In this document: one piece after another, positions 1 through 9,557 of the stretch
How the letters are laid out: each line of letters begins with the position of its first letter
Position numbering within the stretch: the first letter of the stretch is position 1
Source: Hyphochytrium catenoides
Taxonomy: Eukaryota > Protista > Hyphochytriomycota
DNA length: 59,653 nt
Direction: 5' to 3'
Assembly (NCBI GenBank): GCA_900088475.1
Contig: FLMG01002846.1
Location: 1-59,653, forward strand
The notes under the pieces: generated by a model
Told to the model about the DNA's origin: nothing
The model's database searches: none
Seen by the model: the letters and a program-made list of their open reading frames with translations, nothing else
Program-made: the position numbers and the translations under genes

Positions 1-299
1 AGAGAGAGAGAGAGAGAAAAAGAAGAGACGATCAGAACGATGGTGGATGCGAAGCGTCAGCCCCCAAAACCCGTTTCTGGAGCCCCTTTATAAAAACAAG
101 TGACAATACAACGCCTATCCCGAAATAGAGATCCACCTACGATTGGCTCTTCAGAATTAGTCGGAGAAGGTTAAGAAAATAACTGATTGAGCTGTGGAAG
201 AGCTACAAACCGGTAAGCCCTTCCATCCCCTCCCCTAAAATAAGGCCCCCGTAACGAACGAACGGATCTTCACCACGATGTTCTGATTCTTCTTCTCTT

Positions 300-2700
300 C
301 TTCTTCTTGGCGGTCTACTGTAGTTCACTGCAGAACTCACTTTCTGGCCGCACCTGGGGCAGCTCCTCTGTCGTTGTCACAAACCAGGGCTTGATAAGCT
401 CATTGTTGCGGTCTAAGAACTATTACTACTTAGTCTGCCCTTTCTTCTACTACCAGTCTTTCCCTTGGCTTCGTCGTCATCATCTGTCTGTTGTCTGCTG
501 TTGTGGGCTCTCCTCTCCTCCTCGTCGCCCAGCTGTCGCTTGCTGTTCGAAAGAAGTCGTCCATTTCTTCGGCCCTCTCCATCCTTTGTTGTTCTTTTTT
601 CTTCCCTGGTGCCAGTTTCCATATCTTCATGCGCTTAATCTTCACGTCTTTGGGCCCGACTAGTCTTTCTAGGATAGTATAATAATAATGTTGTTGGCCA
701 CACTATCACTATAGGTAGAAGTAAAAATTAATTATTGCATGTGTAAGGCTCTTCAGGCGGTCGACGAGTGGGCGATGGGATGGAAAAGCCAGACTGTTTA
801 TTTTTTATATTGACTTCGAGCGCGCCACCAGCGCAACTTATTACTGGCAAGGTCCTGCGACGAGATGGCTGGCTCCTCAGCCCCTCATCATCCCTTACAT
901 GCCCTTCGTTTAGCTCAATGGTAAATGCAATGATCCTGAAGGGCGATAGTATAAAGGTACCATACTACCGTTTTATAGTCCTTAGATTTTAGGAGTTATT
1001 TTTTGAATAATCTAGTTTCATCGCTGCAGAAGAGAAAATAAACTTCTTTTTCCTCTGCAGCGCTGTGCGTGAGCCTTCTTGGGAAAGGTAATAAAGGAAA
1101 AGAGTTCAGCGGTATTTGTGGCAACCTTCTGTTTGTTATTGCCTTCATTGCGAATGTATCACTGTTGTTGGAGGAGTGATGTGTGACTTGATCAATAATT
1201 ATGCTTGTTGGTGAACACCATTATTATTGTGCCGGTCTCATGTTTTTCTGTGCACTAACCTCGAAGGTATCATGGATGTGGTGGCAGGTTTGATGAGGAC
1301 ACCTTAAAGAACGTGGACCAAAAATGGTAAACACTTTGCAGAAACTATAATGTCACAAAGCAAACAGAGTCAATCTGAGGACGTGCTACAAAAACAGCTT
1401 CAGTTCATCAATGGAAAGCTTTAACAAGTAAATAATAGCCCATATCCATCTTATCCTTGCCAGAGTATCACCAGTTACTTCCATTTCTCAGAAAACTTCA
1501 CGCCAGACTATACAAACACATCCCTCAACAAAGATCAACACCATCAAGGCCGTAGTAGTACACATCAAAGCTATAACGAAGCCAAAGATGAGATCATCGA
1601 CGAGTAGTCCATCATTGTTGCTATGGAAGCGCCCCCAACAATCTGCCTTGCCAGCTATCCAAACATGAACCACTTTGGAATGAGGCAAGACGTACACCGC
1701 CTGCTTGCAAATATGTATCTAATATATATAATGGACAAGAAAGACGTCAAGCATAGTAGAATAAGAGGTTTGAGACAACAATCATCATTTTCAATAACAA
1801 TGATAGAGCCCACAAAAGTATCAGTATATATAAAGCTGCTGCTGGCCGTCTCGTCCCTCCTCTAGCAAGGAGGAGGAACAGCGTTGTCTACGATTAACAA
1901 TTGAAAAAGCAACCAAGAGAGACTACCCCCACCCGCTGTGGTCCCCACAGAAATATCCTTGCCGCAATTGCAAAAACAACAAGCACAGTTGTTACCTCGT
2001 CCACGTGGCTGAAGTGTACTACCACGATTGAGAGGTTCACCAAGCACGAAGGCTCTCCTCGTCGCTGCAGCTCTATGAGTAAGAATATTAATTTAGAGCC
2101 AGCCAAACATCATTGAAAGCTCTTCTTCTCTCGCTGTTTTTGTAGGCAATAATAGCAAAAAGGAAAGTGCAGCGATAGATCGCTCATTCTTCATCAAGGC
2201 GTTCGATTCTTCCTCTTCTACCTTGTTGAAAGAAGGAGAGGGGGAAGAGGAGACCATGTAATAAGTGAAACATCAAGAAAAAGAAGGAAGAGCCTGAGGA
2301 CCATTCCAGTCTTGAGCCCCCGGCGTGGTGACAGTCACGTCGTGGCTTGTTGTTCGCCATCCCCTTCTCCTCCTCCTTTCTACCGCGCCCGGGGAAGGCC
2401 TTACCACGAGGCACCTCTTCTTGTTCTTCTGCTTCTTCTTCTTCTGCTTCTTCTTCCTTTTCAACATTCGCACGCTTAGGGAAGGCCTTACTACCACGAG
2501 GCACCTCTTCTTGTTCTTCTGCTTCTACTTCTGCTTCTTCTTCTTCTTCCTTTTCAACATTCGCACGCCTAGCCAGCTGACGGAGCATCGCATCATCATC
2601 ATGTTGAAGGCGATAATAAGAAAGAGCTTTATTTTGGAATGATGATGATGATGAAGTGATGAAGATGAGTGAAGCATTTTCTCTGTTGGCTCTGAGAGTA
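300..2700. other. Degenerate, coding-like sequence with no assignable product (possible pseudogene or element remnant)
   Basis: Short interrupted ORFs on both strands: acidic ORF 2184-2588 (-), and CPRCG, CPHQTC and CRNCKNNKHSC fragments in different frames. Trinucleotide runs rather than (CT)n. No coherent gene model found. Confidence 0.3.
2392..2571. repeat. Two-copy tandem repeat (87 and 93 bp units)
   Basis: Unit gggaaggccttac(ta)cacgaggcacctcttcttgttcttctgcttct...ttttcaacattcgcacgc(t/c)ta at 2392-2478 and 2479-2571. The length difference is a multiple of 3. On the - strand it reads RANVEKEEE..EEQEEVPRG(S)KAFP twice. Confidence 0.9.
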
Positions 2701-2705
2701 TCTAT

Positions 2706-2721
2706 AAAAAAATTGGAAAAA
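2706..2721 (-). terminator. RNA polymerase III oligo-T terminator of tRNA-Val copy 1
   Basis: T5 (2717-2721) and T7 (2706-2712) on the - strand immediately 3' of the tRNA. Confidence 0.8.
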
Positions 2722-2723
2722 GA

Positions 2724-2796
2724 TGTTCATGCCCGGAATTGAACCGGGGACCTACCGTACGTCAAACGGTCGTGATAACCACTACACCACACGAAC
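2724..2796 (-). tRNA. tRNA-Val (anticodon GAC), copy 1
   Basis: 73-nt cloverleaf: acceptor GTTCGTG/CATGAAC plus discriminator A; D-arm GTGTAGTGGTTATCAC; anticodon stem ACCGT/ACGGT with loop TTGACGT; variable loop AGGTC; T-arm CCCGG-TTCAATT-CCGGG. TATAAA-like element ~31-37 nt upstream (2827-2833). Confidence 0.95.
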
Positions 2797-2979
2797 ACTT
2801 TGTTGGAAAGGAGAGATCAACCATAATTTATAACAGAGGAACTTTAGGTAGCGGAACTATATTCAGTATATAGTTGGATGGGCTTTCTGATTCTTATAGA
2901 CTGATTCTGGATAATTAAACTCGCCATTGCCAGTCTTTTTCTGGGAGCCATCAGTTGCCGCTTCAGAAGCGTGTTGAGA

Positions 2980-3199
2980 ACCGCGAGACAGAGATAGACC
3001 GGGACCGAGACAGAGGGATAAAGAGTGAAGGTTAAAGAGTGAGAGAGAGAGAGAGAGATGGAGGGAGAAAGTGATGAGCGGGGAGGAGAATGAGAGAAAG
3101 AGCAAAGAGAGAAGCAAGAGACAAGAGGTAGTTATGGGTGTGAGAAGAGACCCAGACCGAGAGAGAAGAGAGAAAGAGCGAAAGAGAAAACGAGGAAGA

Positions 3200-3236
<37 letters not shown>

Positions 3237-3290
3237 AGAGAAAAGAGAAAGTAAGAGAAGACAGATGTTCTGAAGTCCTCATGTCCATGA
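2980..3290 (+). repeat. (GA)n-rich tract upstream of DBP9, representative of many (CT)n/(GA)n tracts in the window
   Basis: Long imperfect and perfect GA dinucleotide runs. Similar tracts at 33115-33180, 33400-33490, 41130-41260, 41858-41910, 52370-52460 and 54220-54530. Confidence 0.9.
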
Positions 3291-3439
3291 TGTCCCCACA
3301 GCAGCTCACGACGAAGAGACAACACTGAGACAACAGTGAGCAGCATCATTGCCTTCTTTCCGGCGCTTCTACAGAGCTGCTCTTCTTCCTTTGAACGCAG
3401 AGGAAGAGCTTAGGAGCGCGCTCTTAGAGCTTCGGTACG

Positions 3440-4783
3440 ATGGCGCAGGAGGCGCAGACTGTCGTCACATCCGCCCTTCTCGATGAAGAGAAGACTTTCG
3501 CGGTTCTTGCTTCCAATGACGAAGGCGGTTATGGCCTTGACAGACGCCTCGTGAAGGCCATTGCAAAGCTAGGCTTTGTCTATCCGACGCTTGTGCAATC
3601 CAAATGCATTCCTCTCGCTCTGGCTGGCAAAGACCTGCTTGTTAGAGCGCGAACAGGTTCGGGGAAGACCGCCGCTTTTGCCATTCCTCTGTTGCAGAAG
3701 ATTCTGAAGGAGAAGGAACAAGAGGGAGAGACTGGCGCTTCTAGTCATTCCCCTAAGGTTCGCGCGGTAGTCTTAGTGCCAACCCGTGAGCTCTGTGACC
3801 AGGTGAAGGAGCACATGTGGGCTTTAATGTACTATTGCAGAGAGACGGTGTCGATTCTCTCTCTCTCTCTTTCCAACGTCAAGGCCCAGGCTGCGCAACT
3901 GAGAGACAAGCCTGACATTATTGTCGCCACGCCTGCAAAGCTTCTCTCTCACTTGGACGCTGGGAACGTCAACTTGAAGGACTCTGTCTCTACACTCGTC
4001 ATTGATGAGGCAGATCTGGTACGTGAAGAGCTCGCGGAGGGAGGGAGGGAGGGAGAGAGAGAGAGGGAGAGAGACAGAGAGAGAGAGATGTGAATGGAAG
4101 AGGGGGAGGAAGAGAAGCTTAAAGAAAGAAGAGGGAACATTTATGCTGCTCTTCTTTAATTCCGGCGCCGGCTCCTCTTGCTCCTCTCACTTTTACTTGC
4201 TTTGTCTCTATTTTCCTACTTCTTCTCTTTCATTTCTCTCTACCTCTCTCCTCATCTTCCCTCCCGTCCTTTCTCTTACTGGAGCTCCTGTTCTCGCAAG
4301 TCACGCACGTGTGCCGTCACTACGTTCTCTGTCTTCTCTATCTGTCTCTCTGTTGCTGAATGCTGATCGAAACTCCTTCTCATCATCCTGTCTCTCTTTT
4401 TCAGGTCCTTTCTTATGGGTACAATGAAGATATTACCCGGCTTGTCTCGTTTCTCCCCAAGATTTGTCAGACATTCTTGATGTCTGCCACGCTCTCCCCT
4501 GATCTGGAAGCTCTGAAGCGCGTGGTACTGAATAATCCCGTGGTCCTCAAGCTTGAGGAAGGAGAGAGAGAAGGAAAGCTCCAGCAATTTTATGTGCCAG
4601 GTATCCATTCCTACCTTACACTTCTAGGCGTAAGAGGAGTCATTTGTACCGAAGTGTTCTCTCTTCTCCTTTTTTCTTTGGTCGTGCTCCTGCAGCCAGT
4701 GTGGGGTGTCTGTGGGTTATGCTTACTCTATCCCAAACTCACGTTCCATGCCTCTCCCGATCTTTCTCTTCTCTGTCTGTCTG

Positions 4784-4822
<39 letters not shown>

Positions 4823-7198
4823 CTTCTTTTCTCACTACCGCCCATTATTTTTAACTCCCACTCCTAAATCCCTGGTAGAGGACCTCGTTGCGCGCTCGTT
4901 TTTCTAACGTCAATGTCCCTCATTTTCCTTTTCTCTCTTTGTCTGTTTCCAGTGAAGGAGAAGGATAAATACCTAGTCTTGATCTCGCTTCTAAAGCTAG
5001 GCATCTTGCAAGGCAAAGTCCTTTTCTTCGTCAACTGCATTGACTCTTGCTTCAGGCTCAAGCTTTTCTTAGAGAAGTTTTCCATCAACTCTGCAGTGCT
5101 CAATGCGGAGCTCCCACACAACTCCAGACAGCATATTATCCTGCAGTATAACAAGGTATGGGAGGACCTTCGCAGACAGGAGAAAGAACAGGGAAAGAGA
5201 GAAGCGTGTTAAAGTTCTTGCTAAGGAGAAGTAGAAAGAGCGGAAGGGCAGGCTGGACGGCGGACAAGGAGCCAGAAAATGTGTGAGCGAGGAAGGAAAA
5301 GGAAGATACGAAAGCAGAGAGAGAGACAGAGATGGGAAGAGAAAGTGAACAAATATGACAACTAGAAGTGCCGATAGAAGGAGAGGAAAAGGATGTACCA
5401 AATCACTCTCTTAACTGGTTGTTCTTCCTCTGTGCTTCCGATCCAGGGCCTTTTTGACTTCCTCATCGCCACAGATGACAGCTTTGACCATGATACGGAT
5501 GAGGAGGATGAAACGGACAATGAGGGGAGTGAGGAAGAGGGAGAAGATGGAAATGACGAAGAGAAGATGAAGAAGAAGGCTTCTTCGAAGAAGGAGAAAG
5601 AGAAGAAGAAGAAGAAGAGCTTAAAAAAGGACAAATCTTTCGGCGTCTCTCGAGGCGTGGACTTCAAAGCTGTGGATTTCGTCGTCAATGTTGACTTTCC
5701 TCCCAGCGTGAAGTCTTACACTCATAGAGTAGGGAGAACAGCAAGAGGAGGAGCGTCGGGGACAGCCCTGTCTCTTCTCTCTCAGGACAGTGACGAAGAA
5801 TGGAAGCTTCTGGCTGCTATTCAGGACGTTCAGATGCCCCTCCCTGCAGAGGTAAACGCAGTTGCAACCCTAACGTTTCCGCCGCATCTTTAGGAGGAAG
5901 CACCTACTCTTTGCCCCTCCTCTTTGGCCTCTCCCCCTCCTTTTCTCCCTTTAGTCTGTTGGATTTTCGGTAATTTGCTCGCCCCTCTTCAAATTTTGAG
6001 CTTCACTTGTGGGCTTTGTGGTTATCGCAGCTGTCCTCTGTTGCTTGCATTCATTGCCATCATGTCGAATTTGCATAACCTCATTCCGCTTACGCGGGTG
6101 CGCGTTTTCCTCTTGTACCCACAGACCGTAGGCACGTCCTTTATGCAGGGAGAGGTACCTGAGAGCGGGACGGTGGCTCAGCCTTCTCCTCTTTCCCTAT
6201 CTCTGTCGGAGATTGAGGGGTTCAGATATAGAGTCGAGGATATGCAACGCGCCGTAACGCGCTCTGCGATCAAAGAGGCCCGGCTGCAGGAAATCAAGCA
6301 AGAAGTGCTCAACTCTGAAAGGCTGAAAGCCCACTTTGAGGTAGAATCTCCATCGTCTCGCATGATATACTCTACCCTTTCTTTTGGGCCACACGCCATT
6401 TACGTCTCTTGGTTCTCTCTGCGCTCTCTCTCATCTTCTCCCTGGCATGTGTCATTCGTCTTGCTTCTCTTGGTATCTCGCTCTTGCCACTTAACAAGGT
6501 TCCCTCTCCCTGCTCCGACTAAATTCCTACCAAACCCTAGGAGAACCCAACAGAGCTGCAGCTGTTGCGGCATGACAGAGCGATAGGAGGCAGAGTTCTC
6601 CCTCACTTGGCAAATGTCCCCAAGTATTTGGTTCCAGACTCCGTGCAAGCAGTCCCAGCTCCTGCACTGAAAAAGAGAAAGGCCAGAGTGTCAAAAGTGT
6701 CTCTGAAGAAGAGGAAGAGCAATGACCCACTAAAGACCTTCGAGTTCAGGTACCTCGCGTCATTGGCTTGGATTCTCCGCTCCTCCTTTCTTGCTCAATG
6801 CTCTTTGCCCTCTTGCTGCTGCAATGCGATCTCCCTCTGCTATTAGGGGGATACCTGTCTATCTCTCAGCTCTTTGGTGGTGGGTTGTCTCTCGCTTGTG
6901 GCTGACATGGTTGCTTCCCTTGCTTCTTTCTTGGTGCGTCATCCGCTTCCTATCTTTCCTCCCTTAAAACAGCGGTAAGAGTGATCTTCTCGATGGAGCG
7001 GAGGGCGAAGACAGCGGGAATGGCGCGGAAGAGAGAGGACGGGAAAAGACCAGCGATAAGATCGTCTCGTCCGTTGATGGTCTGGGTCGGAGCACCTCTA
7101 ACCGACAGAGGTGGAAGGAGAAGCACAGAAAGGGTCGTTATAACCCTCAGACCATAGCGAAGAAGGAACAGAAGGCCAGAAAAGGATGGACACACTAG
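3440..7198 (+). CDS. DBP9: DEAD-box RNA helicase DBP9/DDX56 (60S biogenesis), 7 exons
   Basis: Motifs: Q motif [52 protein letters not shown]; DBP9-type [24 protein letters not shown] and HLANVPKYL. Exons 3440-4018, 4405-4600, 4953-5155, 5447-5851, 6125-6340, 6541-6749 and 6973-7198 join in frame through GT-AG introns. Confidence 0.95.
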
Positions 7199-7979
7199 CC
7201 CGATGATGGCCTTTTGTCTCTTATTCTCCTCCTGCACTACTTCCCTCCCTACCTTGGGACCAAAAAAAAAGTGGTGTGTGGTTATGGGCAGTAAGGAAGA
7301 GATCAATGGAGACTGGGATCAGGGGTCGGAGACTGTCTTGCCACTGTTTTCTTTCCTTGCACTTGGCTAGCCTTGCAGTTCTCCTTAGTTCTCTGCACTT
7401 GAGACACGCCTTGCATCTGCTCTCTCTTTCTTGTCTATTTACCTCGGCTGATGCCTGCCCTGTGGCTCTGCTACAAAGGCTGTGTTGAGCCACTATAATT
7501 GGAGCTGGCGTTTCGACGACTTCTCCTACAAAGTATAATAGCATTCTTAATCTACCTTTAGTTACCTTCATACTTCTTCTAAAGAGCCAGAGTCACGTTC
7601 TCGAGGATCCCTATGAAGGCAGGTTCAGAGTGCTGCCTCCTGGCGTCCCTTTAGAAGCATGCTAGCTCAATATTTCTCTGCGCTTCTTCTTTTTCGGCCG
7701 GGGGACCTGTGTTGGGAAGAGTATCGGTAAACTTGTCCTCTCTGTCTCTTACTTGCCTTCTCAACAGTCTCATCTATTAATGTCGTGCGCCTCTGCGTGA
7801 TGTTATAAATCATCATCATCATTACTCCTTACAGGAACTAGGACCACGAAGTTTTAACGTTTTCTCCCTAACATACTCCTAAGAAACAGCAAGCGCGCGC
7901 CACCGCCACCGCTCATTACCGCCGCTAGTATGGCCGTCATTTGGAAAGACAAGCATCGTGTGACTTCTTTTCTTCTAAT

Positions 7980-8229
7980 TGCAAAGGCAAACATAGAACA
8001 GAGATCTGCAGGTTCAACCCGAACTGCATTAAGTCCAAACTAAGCCTAGAAGATTCTGAAGGCTGAACAACAAAATAATAACAGGTTAACCCCCTAAAGA
8101 CGAGCTTTTGTTAGGCAACTTTCGTTCACGCCTTTGTTGTTCAGCCATCAGAATCTCTTCTAGGCTTAGTTTGGACTTAATGCAGTTCGGGTTGAACCTG
8201 CAGATCTCTCGCCTATGTTCGCCTTTGCA
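7980..8229. repeat. Long inverted repeat / foldback (arms ~95 bp, spacer 58 nt)
   Basis: Left arm 7980-8074, right arm 8133-8229. The core 8000-8053 is the perfect 54-bp reverse complement of 8156-8209. No flanking target-site duplication seen. Confidence 0.95.
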
Positions 8230-8611
8230 GCCTTGGTAGCCGCACAGCTGGTTGTTCCTTTGGGGTGTTCAACAGCATGTATGCCTTGGTCAAAGATATT
8301 TTGCCTTTTGCTCTCAGAGTGCGCTGCTGCTGGTCGCACGCTGCATTATTATGCCCAAGAAGGAGTCCACCTCCTTTTCTCTCCGTAGGCGGTAGTTTCC
8401 TACGAGCTTGAAGCCTGCGGTCCAGGTTTGCACCTTCACATTCGTTCCAGGGACAGCTACTTTTGTTGTGAGGTCGAGATGATGTGGCTTTGCCCTTGCA
8501 CAAGGAACATTTTCCTAGATCACCCTTTGCCCGACCCATATCTATACTTACACACTGCCAACCTCCAACTAGGTACGAAGAAGTAGCGGAATCTAATGGA
8601 TGGACGAACAT
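8213..8611 (-). other. Short ORF with a CCHC zinc-knuckle-like motif, possibly a transposon remnant
   Basis: Contains CSLCKGKATSSRPHNKSSCP (C-x2-C-x9-H-x4-C). Its 3' end runs into the right arm of the foldback. No other recognisable domain. Confidence 0.35.
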
Positions 8612-9397
8612 CAGACGAAGGCGAAACCACTAGAGCAACGAAGGGAGATAATCTACACTACTACTACTGGTAGTTGTTCTTCCTCGGCTGCTGCCACTAC
8701 TATGGACGGCGTCGGAATTGAGTGAGGAGATAGAAGAGTAACCCGCCCGCCAAACATCAACGCTTGAAGAGAGTTGGGCTGGATGCGGACTGATTATTGT
8801 TGGTGGAAGACTACGTTCTAGCTTGCAGCAGCAGTGGGAATGAGCAGCGGAACGCAAAGGGTGCCGGCAGTTCCTGCGCTGGTTGATGAGGAGACTGATG
8901 GTGATGGTGGCGTGCAGTGGACAGAGTAGTCAACGAAGTGAAATCGTTCTGTCAGATCTTTGTGAACAGCTACAAATCCTATGGCGTTATTATATTTTTG
9001 AAGTTGATGTGGCCTTTATTATGAAAAAATTAGTAGAGAGTGTGAAATCGACTACTGTTTTGCACCCTGCTTGATAAAATAGGATTCCATCGGTGATGAC
9101 CGCCTTCTAGTCCTAGCGTTACATTCGGCACATGGTCCGGAATCAACCGTCGGCAGCCCTAGTAGTGGAGCTCCATCCCTCTGTTTATTGGTAATTACGA
9201 CCGGTAACGTACACCCCTTATCAAAAGTGATTCATGTACTTGTACTCGTACCCTCGTACGACGCTATGAAGTATGAAGAAGGGCATGCTGAATCATCTTC
9301 CAAAATCCCGAACGACATGGGGCAGGCATAGGAAAGTTTTTTATAAAATAACAGCGTCATATATCAATCTGGATATCAGCCGATGTTGTAACGAGGT

Positions 9398-9470
9398 GTT
9401 CGTGTGGTGTAGTGGTTATCACGACCGTTTGACGTACGGTAGGTCCCCGGTTCAATTCCGGGCATGAACA
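9398..9470 (+). tRNA. tRNA-Val (anticodon GAC), copy 2
   Basis: Identical over 73 nt to the copy at 2724-2796, in opposite orientation. Followed by TTTCTTTT (9471-9478); TATA-like sequence upstream (9342-9348, 9358-9365). Confidence 0.95.
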
Positions 9471-9557
9471 TTTCTTTTGCCATAAAGATGTTGAGATTGC
9501 TTTTGTGTCCTTCATCAAAGGCATAAGGCTTCGAAACACTACTCTCACATCATGAGA

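Noticed and set aside
2392-2571. Repeats here and at 47667-47832 as CRISPR-like arrays
   Set aside because: They are head-to-tail duplications with no unique spacers, in a eukaryotic context with no cas genes.
2724-2796. tRNA-Val(GAC) as an organellar insertion (NUPT/NUMT)
   Set aside because: The body is cytosolic type with Pol III signals, and there is no flanking organellar sequence.
7980-8229. Foldback as a recent MITE insertion
   Set aside because: No target-site duplication and no second copy in the window. It is kept as a hairpin finding instead.
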